Positions 12,482-25,200 of a stretch of DNA of 64,000 bases are shown here, one piece after another. The first letter of the stretch is position 1; every line of letters begins with the position of its first letter. Under the pieces are notes generated by a model. It did not search any database and had not been told where the DNA came from. It saw only the letters and a program-made list of their open reading frames with translations. The position numbers and the translations under genes are program-made. Origin of the DNA: Ascidiella aspersa (lineage: Eukaryota); NCBI GenBank assembly GCA_963924565.1, contig OZ004614.1, positions 17,422,001 through 17,486,000 on the forward strand. Reading direction: 5' to 3'.

Positions 12482-13929
12482 GCTCGTAATGTTAGATCAT
12501 TGTAATTGCACGCAGCTTTCTGTTTAAAATAAACCTTTGGACAAATCGGCTGACAAAGTTGAACAACCTAAGTCTACCACCAGTTGAATCTTAATTAGAC
12601 CTACGGGAAGTTATAAATAAAATGAGTTCAAGAAATGCGCCGCAGCGGAATTGTAAACAAAGGTGAAAGTTTAGTCGTACTGAAAAAATATCCGCCACTG
12701 TACGCCTTTATTTTATAGTTCATCTCGACACCAAAAGAACAAGATCCTGATAATGAAATATTAGCAAAGTTAAAAATGTACGACCGCAAAAAATGTGCCT
12801 AAAAACTCTACAGCATGGTATGGTATGTCAGTCCGTTTTCTAAAATATTGTTGTGTTTTAGTTCTACTTAGCTACAATCGTGATCAACTAATTAGGCAGT
12901 GAAACATATGCTGCAAAGAATACGAAATAACTTTTTTGTCAGTAATACATTACTATTTTAAATATGCTGTGGCGTTAACTAGTAAATATTGGACTTTCGT
13001 GAACCCGCAGCGTATTGTATTCGCAGCTAGCGTGGTATAATAATATACATAATAAGGTAACTTTGGGTAAATTTATATATAGCCTATTTAGCAGATAAAT
13101 TACATACAAAATAATTTTAAATTGAATTACTTTATAATAGCAGCTTTAAAAGTGTTGGATCTCTCGTTACAATGAGGATCGTTGATTGATAAACACCTAA
13201 TAATTATTGGGCGAAGGTATCGGCAAGCAATTATTAGGTCACAAAAAACGCTCACGCTTTATTACATGCCTACATTTAACCCAACAAGCAGCGGGCGATA
13301 ATTAAAACTTGCCCCTCGTGTATAGCCAATTAGGCCCGCAGTCTTCCCATAGCGGTAAAATAACAAAAATAATAAATTATACCGGTTCCAACTACCCTGA
13401 TTGCATTCGACTGCCTACCCGCAGATCTTTGGCTTGAAATGCTTGCCAAAAATCACGTCAGTGTCATCATTTGGCGTGGTATATCGTCCTATTGTGGCGT
13501 AGGATTTCAGCCAAAAAAATTTTGGCATGAATCTTTGACGGCCACAAATTATGGAAAGCAGTCCGGTTAACTATTTGATATAAGTGGCAGAATAGGGATT
13601 CGAATATGAAGGATTCAATGTTCTACTTTGAACATCGCTAGCTCGTAATGTTAGATCATTGTAATTGCACGCAGCTTTCTTGTTAAAATAAACTGGTGCC
13701 TTTACAAAGTTGAAAGACCTAAGTCTACCACCAGTTGAATCTTAATTATACCTACGGGAAGTTATAAATAAAATGAGTTCAAGAAATGCGCCGCAGCGGA
13801 ATTGTAAACAAAGGTGAAAGTTTAGTCGTACTGAAAAAATATCCGACCTTTAAATCAAATATTAGCAAAGTTAAAAATGTACGACCGCAAATAATGTCCT
13901 CAAATACTCAACAGCATGGTATGGTATGT
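11801..13929. repeat. Tandem duplication of about 1 kb (11801-12828 vs 12914-13929) between the convergent TTLL12 and RNF8 genes
   Basis: Long colinear near-identical blocks, e.g. CAAAGAATACGAA, TTTGGCATGAATCTTTGACGGCCACAAATTATGG and AAATGCGCCGCAGCGGAATTGTAAACAAAGG, with several indels. Confidence 0.92.
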
Positions 13930-14034
13930 AAAATGTATTTAATTTCGAAACTACATGTAAAAAATGCAAAAAAGAATCCAAATTTAGCAAAGATCGAAGA
14001 CAACGATAACGAAACACAACATTTTGGTGAATTT

Positions 14035-17000
14035 TCACCTTGCACGTTTTCTTCTCTTCTTTGGATTGACTTTGACATCTACATACAACAGAACGCATTA
14101 ATAATAAAGGAAGCATTGGTAAAGGAAAAATTGGTTGCGAGTGCCGGTTTGCTTGAACCCTATAAATCTTCGGTAATAGCCCTATTTATTAGGTTTACGG
14201 TTAGACGATGTTTGGTATTAGCAAACTTGAAATAAACCTTTAATGGTCGTCAAATCAAAAAAATTATGTAATCGCTGTGAAAATGTTGGTAGCATATATG
14301 TTTGACATTAGCGGAGAAAAATACAAGTTACTGTAACAACTTTTGAGATACCTTTTGCCATAAAAAAGTTTATTACGACGTATTTTACGGAAAACTATCA
14401 CCTGAATCGTCTCTTTCTTTGATTATTTGCAAGCGACGTTCTTTTGCATTGGACGGCATTTCAGCTACAGCATTTTCAATACAGTTATCTAGTACCAAGG
14501 ACCGGTTTCTGGACTTCACCGCACAACGACAAATAGGACATATGTTTTCTTTTTTTAACCAGCCTTCAATACAAAACTGTGAAACAAAGTGTACAAATAT
14601 TTTTAGGTAAAATATTTCGCGGCTAAAACGAATAGTATGAAGTCTGTGCTTTACCACATGTTAACTTGTTTTACTTTTGTTTTATAAAGGACTCCATAAG
14701 TAGATTTCAACACCGTACAATACCTTACAAAATGTGTGGCCACAGTTGAGGGTAGTTGACTTTACAAATAGTTCACTGCATATTATGCACTGTAATTCTT
14801 CTTCAAGTTTCCCTACTACATCTTGCTTAGCCCTCTCTTCCGCTTCTTTTTCCGCCACGGCCACAGCCTCCTGAAAATTAAATGAATTTGCTAAAGTCAA
14901 GATTCGCTGATTGATAATTTCTTGCTTTTGAATTTACAGCATACACTATGCAAATTACAAATAACTGTTTGCTAACTTCTAAAATATAGAATTGGTTAAA
15001 TTTTAATGGTAAAAGAACATTCAAAGTATCCCCTTTTCATCAGACATTGTGCAGTGTTGTAAGCAAGCAATTTTACTATGACTTTAAGGGGGCTACCATA
15101 TTTTCAGCACCCTTAGGGCTACCATATTTTTAGCACCCAAAAAGAGGACATTTTTTTTTTCAAGTAAAACGAAAGTAGAATTGTTACGTTTAAGTTTATT
15201 GATGTTTTATGTTGATTTATGGATGTTTGGTTGTTTGGGGATTCTCTGATTAATTTTTGATAGGAAATTTATGTTGCTGGCCGACTCGAGCGCGATAGAT
15301 TTTGCTGTTGGCGGCTACGGAAAGAGTTATAAGTGACGATTTAAAATCCTACGTTTTGTGAATAATTACACTCCTTTGCTTTATTAATGGGCTGTTTTAC
15401 ATGAGAGGTTCGGTTGCAATTTTTCTGACGCAATTTTGCAATAACAATCAAGGAGGTAAGGCTGGTAGGGCAAATTGTTGGAAAACCTTTTTGTAACCAG
15501 CAATTGTGCATGTTTCATGGCTACAGTATTTTTGGAAATAAATACAACGTCTCGTCCAAAAGTCTTACTGAAAGTATAAGCAACTTACTCAAAATGCGAA
15601 AAAATAGGATATTTGGGCATTTTTGAGCGTCCTCAGAGGAACATTCAATTTTCTTGAAAAAAGAGGACAAATCCTCCTAAAAGAGGACATATGGTAGGCC
15701 TAAGCTAGTTAAGTCATTTGAACAAAAACAAAAAAGCATATACATAAAAATAACACGTCTCAATTTTTTTGTACCCTTGGCCCCTTTTTCATACTGTAAA
15801 ATAGTCGCGGACCCCTTACATTTTTCTGGTGTAATATCTGCGTTTAGTTCTTTTTAATAATTCAGTATATCTGCCTAGTGCAACTTATGTTGAGTAAAGT
15901 AACAGACAACACCAAATTACTTTATGGCACGTTTATTTTATTGTGATTTCTGCTTCTGCATCTCCGAAGCAAGTCTTGAAATGCGTGGTTGTGTTTTTGA
16001 CAATGCTAGGCGCATGTCGTCTTTTTGAACGACAGCATAAACCAAAATCCAGTACATGTAATGCTGCCTTCCATTTTACAATGTCTTTGTGTTACATCAC
16101 AATGGGACTGTTTTGTCACACTCAATGGAATTTACATCATGTTACAATGTGATTTTATCACTTACCAAGATTGCGATAAGCATGTGTCCCAATGGAAATT
16201 AATTTAATAAAGGTATATATCAAGTTTTTGGGGACCCCCTGAAATTGTTTTGCGGACCCCTAGGGTTCCGTGGACCCCCGGTTGAGAACCACTGCTTTAA
16301 GCTATTAAAATCAGTCAACTAGTTCTTTTATGACAAATAACTAAATAGCAATCAAATAATTTCAAGTCACTTAACTCAAAAAAACATCTCGAAACTTAAA
16401 CTTAGAATTTAGTTGTACATCCGTCCACTACATTGAACATTAATCTGTGTTACGTTAGGTTACTTGCTTATGACACCACGTTATACTGTACCTTTGTGAC
16501 ACGTTATGTTTTTCAAGATAAAAAAATTCATTAATTGGGAAGCAAAACTATTCTACTTTCACCCCTGGTAAAACAATGAAGAAAAATTTAACTAAACCTA
16601 CTTCAGCTTTTGCAATCGCAAACTCCTGTGCTTTGAGCAATTCCTCATGCAGCTGCTCTTCTCTCTTTTTCATGAACTCCTCCTTCTTTCTTGATATTTC
16701 TTTTTCAATCTAATAATTTTGAATTTAGTTGATGAAACCCTAGGAAAGCAATATAATAAAAAAATACCATTTCTTTTCTTTTCATATCTTCAAGGCATTG
16801 TTTTAACATTGCTTCTTTTTGGGCAAAATCTTGAATTTCCTGTAAGTACAAAATACAAATTTGGTGCATCCCATGCTACCTAGTTCCCAGATTGGAAAGT
16901 AAGGCCTGGGATTTTTGGATTTATCCCCCGCGCAGTTTCCCACTCAGCCGTGGTCATAGCTGCGCATTTTGTGTAAAATCAACGTTACATGCGGTCAGCT

Positions 17001-18391
17001 GCAAAAAATCGCTCAAACACACAAAACTTTCGTTGTGTTAACAATTTTCAGTATAGTACTCCATAGTCCATATTCAGTCATGCACATTTTACAAATAACG
17101 TTATTAGAGCCGCGCAATTTCAAGCTGCAAAACTGTCTCCCCCGCGCAAAATCCGAAGTTCCCAATCTAGCCTAGTTAACAAAAACAAGCAGCTTTTGTC
17201 ACACCACAAATCCCAATTTTATATATCAATGGAACACTTAAAAATTGCAAACCTGCTTGTTTGTTCTTTCGCTTTTCAAGATCTCTGTATGTTCACGCTT
17301 CACACCAACTTTATTCTTCTCTTGTAATTTTTTATACGAGTAAACGCTTTTATGGACTTTAGGTGGAGGCAAATATTTATCCAACTTTTGTGAGTTTTCT
17401 TCCTAAAACAGTGTAAAATAGGCAACATGCAAAAGAGGATATATATATTGACAGTTTTTATCATTATGATATTATATATAAACATTTATGTTCTACTACT
17501 ACAACACTAAAATGACCAATATATATACTAGGCAAACATTAAGGAATGCAACAGAATTGCAGAGATTTATTTGGCAAATTAATACTACCTTCACAGTGTA
17601 AACAAAGCGATCACAGTGTTGCAAATTATTCCAATGATACTCATTGTCTGGAGGTTTTCCTATTTCAACTTTATCTCCAACATTGAGTGAATATTCTTTG
17701 TTTGGCAAAATTCTTGTTTCATTAATATGAACTCCATTTGTCGACTACAAAACATTATTATTATTAACTTAATAAATAGTAAAAAATGTTAATGTACATA
17801 TGTTTAACATAAGTATACTTTTAAATCTGTGATTGAGATCCCAGTCGTTGAGTGGTTTATTTTGCAATGCCAGCGAGACACAAATTCTGAGTACAGCAAA
17901 ACATCACTTGTGGCATGTCTTCCAAAAGCAACCTATTAACGGAAAGCCAAGTTGTTATGACAAAATTTTACATCTTCTGTAACACCACAGAGGTGTAACA
18001 CAAAAATCTACAGTCATATAAACATTTAGTTAACAAAGGTGATCGTCGTGATGATGGCATTAGAAATTGCCGAAACGTTTGAAAATAAAGCATGTTGCTT
18101 TTAACGTCTATTTGGGCCGTTATTTTCACCATAAAACTTATGAACAGATCCGTATATAGGGTTCCATATATAAACTGTGTTTGTAAGAATTACAATAAGT
18201 GTAAAAAATTGTATCTACCTCTCCAATTTCGTAAAATGTAACCAATTAAATATATAACTTAAAACGGAGGTTTTATAAGAACCAAACGAGATAAGCATTT
18301 TTAGTAAAAACTGAAACTGCCTTACTGTTGTATTTTTTGCAAGACGAACCCAATCATCTGTCACACCAATTCTTACAAGGTATGGTTCCAT
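14035..18391 (-). CDS. RNF8: RNF8-like E3 ubiquitin ligase (FHA, coiled coil, C-terminal C3HC4 RING)
   Basis: Minus-strand exons 18391-18326, 17932-17819, 17744-17589, 17402-17253, 16839-16768, 16709-16602, 14870-14724, 14576-14402 and 14078-14035 splice in frame. FHA motifs FGR, VSRWHC and STNGVHIN. RING EELQCIICSELF..TLNCGHTFCKFCI..W....CPICR..SLVLDNCI matches RNF8. The last exon (DVKVNPKKRRKRAR*) is less certain; read-through would stop at 14385. Confidence 0.85.
15114..15702. mobile_element. TIR MITE in RNF8 intron
   Basis: TAGGGCTACCATA / TATGGTAGGCCTA termini; subterminal AAAAGAGGACA repeats; left end locally duplicated. Confidence 0.6.
15760..16294. mobile_element. hAT-type MITE, same family as 45126-45588 (left end degraded)
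   Basis: Right TIR GGTTGAGAACCACTG; GGACCCC subterminal repeats; internal CCGAAGCAAGTCTT.AAATGCGTGGTTGTGTTTTTGACAATGCTAG shared with the 45.1-kb copy. Confidence 0.75.
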
Positions 18392-18475
18392 CTGTTGGTT
18401 ATCTTGCAAAACTGGCACACTTACGACACTAAAACAAGAGTAGAAAAACAAGCAAATGGTAAATTGGTAATATTG

Positions 18476-18694
18476 GGCGCTGGTCCAGAATCCTACCACA
18501 ACGCACATTATTAATATAGGTTGCGGTTAGCGTGTTGTTTTTAGTGGGTTAAGCCAATACCTACACAATACATATAAGCCTTGGTTAAGCATTATTATTA
18601 ACTAGTAAATAATATAACCCACACGCTAACCGTAAAGTGTTTTTATTTAATAATTGTTTAAATGCTGCTGGTGGTAGCATCGTATACCAGCGCC
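18476..18694. mobile_element. Foldback-family copy just upstream of the first RNF8 coding exon
   Basis: GGCGCTGGT / ACCAGCGCC ends; GCGGTTAGCGTG and CACGCTAACCG arms as in the 22766 copy. Confidence 0.6.
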
Positions 18695-18899
18695 ATAATT
18701 TTTACAGGGAATGTAAACAATATTACGACATGTGACTGTGGAAAGATACAATTGCTTAGGCATAAAGTTTCTGCAAAGCAACTGGGCTGTAGTTTTAGAT
18801 CTGGTATGTCTTTCAAAGTATGACATCAAATCAATGACACTTGACAACGATCTGGTGGCACCCACTGATCAGTGGTGGCACCCTGTCACCAATTAATTG

Positions 18900-19260
18900 A
18901 CACCCTGTCAACGATTTGGTTTTTATATATCAACGGGGGAACATATCCACCGTACTGTATAACTCAAATTAAATCGAAACTGAAACTGCCTCAGGATTTT
19001 CAAGTGCATTTTGTCAGGTCTCTAAATGTATTGTACATTTAAAATTTCCAGCAAACCACGCTTTTAAACGACTACGCTTTGAATGAATATAGCTCACAGC
19101 GCATCAAAATATGTCGTAAAGTATTGCAATACATCAGTAGTCTTTTGAACTCAGCGGCATGATAGCACGAATAGACTGCGTTGAGGATTGGCTGGTCTGT
19201 TGTCGACTTCGACATCATGAGTCCATGACGCTTACAGGCAGGGGAAATAGGTAAGAACAA
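18900..19260. promoter_or_regulatory. Putative bidirectional promoter for RNF8 (-) and ATP7 (+), with a probable non-coding first ATP7 exon ending at 19250
   Basis: Lies between the divergent genes; locally CpG-containing; ATTGG (CCAAT) at about 19186; GAAACTGAAACT at 18976-18987; consensus donor AG|GTAAGA at 19250/19251. Confidence 0.4.
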
Positions 19261-19866
19261 TTTTGAACAGGGTTTCTCTGAACACGCTCAACAAACACGT
19301 TAAATCAAAATACAGATGATCGCTCGCTTTATCAGCTGTATTTCCTCTGGAACACAAAAAAGTTCCGAGAAGTTTGTTAGCGACGTTCTTTTTTTAAATC
19401 CTCCCAGGATCGGATCGAAAGTCGACCAGCTACCGCAGAACGTCGGACATTTGTACAATATGCAAACAGCACGTGTTGGGCTTTATTATGCGGGGGTAAT
19501 TCGTGTAGCTGGTTGTGCGGCACGATGCATCGTCTGAAACACTTTAGTCTATAATTCAGGAAATGATCGTCCCCAAAATTATAGTCTATAATGCAGAAAA
19601 TGATCGTCCCCAAATTCAATTCGGCTTCAAATCGCAAAACTGAAGTTATGGTTGCGTAGAATCCTTTATTGCTCCAAAATATGCCAATTGAGGCGGAGAA
19701 GGTGCTATCTCAGCAAATCGAAAACTAATTATCCTACATCGCCTACAGTAGTCGACATTAGATTTGTTTCCTAAATATAAGAGACATATTAACCAAAAGG
19801 CTAATATAGAAAATTCTTTTCTGCATGCTAAACCTTTACGTGTGATCTATCTTACCCCACCAGAAA

Positions 19867-20877
19867 CAGGGGTGGACCTGCTAACGTGAATTATTTGGCC
19901 CGCCGTATCTACATTTTTGCTACATTACCAAAAAAACATTTTTCCGAGCTTTGCGCTAAAAGCTTGACTTTTTGGGTATTGTGCGGAAATCTTCTAAGCT
20001 GATATGAGCGCCACGCATACAAAGGTCTCAACAATTGAACGTTTGGCAAACGAAATCTAGATAAAAATTGGCCTCACATTATTTATATGCATTATTGCCC
20101 TTTTCGCCAACCCCTCGCCTTCGTTTTCTTAAATATAACTATAAGAATATTTTCATATGTTTTAAATCCTGGATTCTCCCTGATTTGAGAGTGATAGCCT
20201 ATATTAGGGATGACGAACCTGTTCATCGCGCGGGTCACAAATACGACCTTAATCCTTACAAAATACTCAAGTGGGTCATTTATTTAACTATTTGGTAACT
20301 TTATGCGAAACTCTGCTGTTGCATCGTTTAAAGTGTTATTGTCTGGGTTGGTAATTTTTGTATGATTTCGGAGTCCCACAAATATTAAGAAGATAAATAG
20401 TTGAAAAATGCTGCAGCATTTTTTTATGGGATTACAGGAGTTCAGCAGAAAGCTTTCATCATGGTTTGTTGGTTTAACCAGAGTTTATAAATATTTTTGT
20501 CTGCGAACTCTTAATGTTAAGAATCGCCACTCTTTACGTTTCACAGCGAAAAACAAAATTCTTTCAGTTGTCTGCTTTTCTGCACGCATTGGTTGAGGTG
20601 CAGTTAATGTAGGCCTAATCGTCACTCGTCACCCCTAAAACACTTTTGCACGACCCACAGATGGGCAGCCCTGATTTAAAGAGTATAATGCTATCTAACG
20701 AAGAACTGATTTTTTACATTTATCCTTTCATGAAAATGATTGATAACATTTCGGTATTTTTCGGTAATAAGCCTAACGCGTTAACAACAAAAATATTGGT
20801 GAAAGATTAGTACGGCCCGCCGAGACCTTGTTGATTTTGGTTTTGACCCGTGGCTAGAAAAAGGTTACCCACCCCTG
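19867..20877. mobile_element. Degenerate hAT-type non-autonomous element
   Basis: CAGGGGTGG / CCACCCCTG termini, GGCCCGC subterminal motifs, imperfect 8-bp TSD ACCAGAAA/AGCTGAAA. Confidence 0.5.
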
Positions 20878-22264
20878 AGCTGAAAGGTAAAGAGGCATCA
20901 ATGCCAGCAGAAACCCTCCAATGTCTTTGCAGTAAACAATTAGGCTACATCGGTTTTTCAAAAATATGAAAGCAATTATTTTTCTCTCGAACGGTTTTCT
21001 ATTGCTTCTTTGAGTAGTAAAGATCCCTGATGAGATCGCTTAAAATTACCGCCTTCTGTTTAAATGTCTCTACAAAAGCCACTTTTAAATTCATTCCACC
21101 CGGCTCACTTTCAGAGCAATTACTAACTCTTTTTCAGTCGACCAGTGTAATATTGCATTTTGTCACTTTTCTCAAATCTATATAACGTTTTTGCAGTACG
21201 CTTGTTGCATATTGGACAACACATTTCCAATCAAGATAAAAGCAATCTCTTTGATTTGACTCAATAGCTACAAAAAACACTTTAAAAAGTTCGTGCCATG
21301 AAGAGAAAACATCATTATAAATTGAGTGTATCTTGTTTCGAATGACGTTACTTACAATATACCGTAGCCATTATGCAAAAACATTATAAATATTTTTTTT
21401 TTCGATAAAGTAAAAAAAAATCCACTAGCATTTTTTGGTTGCAAAAAACTTATTGTTTGTTGAGAGCCATGGCCTGGTGTCCAACCCCTATATGCACAAC
21501 TTATATACCAAATCGGTCGTAAAAGTAGCAATATATTTTAAAAGGGTCTAGTAACCAAGAACTGTTAAAAAATAGTGGCTCATCAACTTGCAAATCGCAA
21601 AATTACCACCGTATTTCACAGATACTAAACTACACATGTGCGTAATTTCAACGCAAATAGAGGATAACACCTAGCGTAACATGTAGGCCTAATCATCAAA
21701 ATTGCTACACAATAAGTTAAATATTGTAACAGTACTCGCGCCCCTGAGGATTTGCTGGCGCCCCCCTAGGGCTAAGAATCACCGTTTTTTTAGCTTCAAG
21801 CACTCTGGCATGCATAGCCGTTTTTGCCTCTAGTGGTTAGGGAAAATTTAAAAAGTAACCACGAAGTGTGTCAAAGCTCCACAGAACATTTTTAGTTGTT
21901 ATATGACTATAAAAAAATGTGACGTTTGATGTGATGAGTAAGCAAAAAAATCCGTACAAGAGCAAGTAAAGAAAGCTTGTTGAACAATAAAGTAACATTT
22001 TAGAAATCAAATTTGACTGAACGATTACAAATAGTCTTAGGCCTTCTATAAATCTTAGTCTTAATGTAAGCTTGAATTACATAAACAGTAGTCTCAGCAA
22101 GAATTATATGCAGTAATTACCCAAATTATGAACATTTTGATTTACACAATAAGGTGTATTTGACAGTCATTTTATTTGTTAAAGAAATGGTTTATTAAAT
22201 AAAATGTGTTTCAGACAAATAAATGTGTGAAATGTGATTTGTTGATGTGTTCATTCAAATCATA

Positions 22265-25200
22265 ATGGCTTTGAATAAAACTGTAACGTTTTCTGTTCTT
22301 GGAATGACCTGTCAATCTTGTGTTAATACTATTGAAACTCAACTTAAGAAGCAAGATGGAGTGCTTAGTGTAAAGGTTTGTTCTGCCATACTTTTAAACA
22401 ATATTTTTTATTAGTTTTATTCTATTGATTTCCATTTACTGCGTGTGCATATATAAAAATAAAGAAATATAATGTTGCATGTTTATGGATTAGTTGTGTA
22501 TGGGTTAAATTGTGAAAATACAGTGGTGCAGCATTTTATTTACTATCCTCCTAGTGCTAAGCTAAACATTGAGTCTAAGCCCCCCAAAATGTGTGTTCTT
22601 TAAAAAAATGGATTACACAAACAACCACAAAAATCTGTGCTGTGTACTTTGAGTAAATAATAAATCAAGATTAATACTGTTGGTAATAACTGAATAATGT
22701 AATAAACTGTGATGTTCATGGTTTTTACTATCGCAGGTTTGCCCACTAAAATACAAACATTTATTGGCGCTCTTTCACTATTGTACGTGAAAAGTTATGC
22801 AAAAAAACATAATAATATTACCGCATACCACAACACATATTGTTTGGGTTAGGGTGCGGGTTAGCGTTTGGGTAAGGGTGGGTCAAGTAATATTTTGTTT
22901 ATTATTAATAATAACTTGACCCACCCTCAACCAAACGCTAACCCGCACCCTAACCAAAACAATATGTGTTGTGGTAGGCGGCATTTGAAGAAAATTTTTT
23001 TTTTTATTAATTTTTACGTACAATAGTGAAAGAGCGCCCATCTATTTCACATTGTTTGTTATTTAAAAAAGAAACCTGAAGTTAACTTACGTAGATACAA
23101 AAATGTCGATAGTAAAGGTGTGATACCATTATTTGTGCTTGTTAAGGTTAAATATATTTAATGGAGTTAGCTGTTCTGTTTTGGTTCGGTTATTCTAGGT
23201 TTAGTTTTATTTTGAGTTAAGTCTGATTCAACGTTACATCTAACTACATCGCTGGTTTAAATCCACTACTGTCTTAATTCAATTCAGGTTTCCTTGACAA
23301 ATGAAAAAGCTGAAGTAGTGTTTGACCCGCAAGTCCTGTCTGTTGACAAAATAGAAGAGAACATTGATGATATGGGTTTTGATGTTTCAAAGAAAGGTCA
23401 TAAAACACACCAGTTACTAATAACCAGGCTGACAGAATCTTGCCAAGAGAACATTGATGATATGGGTTTTGATGTTTCAAAGAAAGGTCAGAAAACACAT
23501 CAGTTAGTAATAACCAGGCTGGCAGAATCTTGCCAACCTTCTGGTGACGAACATTTTTGGCGTAAATTCTTCGGTTTTTTGGTCGTGCCCCAAAACTTAA
23601 ATGATGTGTTCGTTAAAGGCATGTATCAACCTTGCCATGTTTAGGTGATAAACAAGATTGTTAAGAAGTAAATAAGTTGGCGAACAGTTGCGCCGAAGGC
23701 GCAAAATTTTTTGTGGAATAAAGAAATACATACGGGGTATGCTGAAGTACAGCGGGGACTGGGGGTGCACATGTCTGCTTTTCTTACTCTAACACTGTTA
23801 CATAGATAAGTTGTTTTTGGGCGAACTCATGTGCACACATGCAGCTTAAAATCAGATTGTAAAGCAAGAAAAAAATTCTTAAAATTGGAAGACAAAAATT
23901 ATTTTTGAACTGGGAGAAATTAAAATAATAACGGTGTATTATAATCAGGGCTGGGGAGCCACCGTAAAATAGCATTAGCTTCGGCTCCAGCTCCGGAGTA
24001 GTAAAACTCATATCCGTTGGCTCCGGCTCCAGCTCCAGAGCCATTAAACACACACCCAATGACTCCGGCTCCAGCTCCGGTGCCACCAGTCACTTATTCA
24101 ATGGCACGTTTTAAAAATTGCTTTTGGCTAACCAACATTGGAGATGGAACAAAATATAATTTCTTAGCTTTAGCACCACAAATTGAAAAATGTCTCCAGC
24201 TCCACAAAAATAATAAAAAGGGCTCCGGCTCCAGCTCCACAAAAGACCCACCTCAGCCACCTCAGAACTGCATTCATACTGTTTATTTTGATTTACTTAA
24301 AAATCTGAAAATATATGGTTTGAGGCAGTTTATTAAAAAGTGTTAATGTGTCATTTACATAGTTAGATTGATTTTGAACTTACATTGTTACATTGATTAA
24401 TTCAGAGTCTGAGAAAGAAGTTGTTATTAATATTGACGGAATGACTTGTGATGCCTGTGTGAATTCCATTGAAACAAGAATAAGCCAAGTGGAAGGTGTC
24501 AATAAAATTAAGGTTTGTTTGCAATTTTAGTCTGTGTTAAAGATGAACCTGTCCTGAATAAGTTATATTACAAAATATTAAGTATTTATTAGAGATCGAC
24601 CAATATCCCTTTTTTGACCGATACCCTATTTTTTGCAATTTTTGTTGCCCGATACCGATACCGAAAATCCAAATAACGTTCTAGTTTATATTCCTTTATG
24701 ACTAAACTATTAGTTTGCATATTAACTGTGCGTAATGCTAAAATCAAAATTTTTTTGTTCCAAAAATGGATAAGTTGTTTGTTGTGCATGAAAAATTATA
24801 TTAAATTCTTGTACAAAAACATCGGCTTAAGTATCAGCCGATATTATCGGTAAAACAATATATCTGTCTATCTCTATTCTCTAGTATTTATATTCATTAA
24901 TTGCTAATCTTCTCTAAAATGATTTTATAAACTGCATTACAAATTTTGTCATGCTTAGCGTGAGATAGGCTTAGCAAGTGTATCTTGGCTTAAAGTTTTT
25001 TTAATATTAGGTGTCCCTACAAAACAAGCAGGGTCTAATTCACTTTCTGCCCACCATAACAAATGTCCAATCATTAATTGATGAAATTGAAGACATGGGA
25101 TTTGATGCTTCTGTTAGTGAAGGTGGGATTTTGAAGAGGACCCTCACAGGCAGGATATCTATTGAAGGCATGACATGTAATTCTTGTGTAAAAACAATTG

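Noticed and set aside
13786-14235. 149-aa plus-strand ORF
   Set aside because: Starts in the duplicated UTR block (the other copy diverges) and runs antisense over the last RNF8 exon; no recognisable domain.
21921-22025. C/D box snoRNA candidate (GTGATGA...CTGA with a short terminal stem)
   Set aside because: No recognisable rRNA/snRNA guide complementarity; such boxes arise by chance in AT-rich introns.
22846-22960. Telomere or telomerase RNA template
   Set aside because: TTAGGG/CCCTAA units are isolated within a dispersed foldback element, not an array or a unique gene.
23784-24346. ORFs with LEPEP/PAPAP repeats
   Set aside because: Translations of the GGCTCCGGCTCCAGCTCC MITE repeats.
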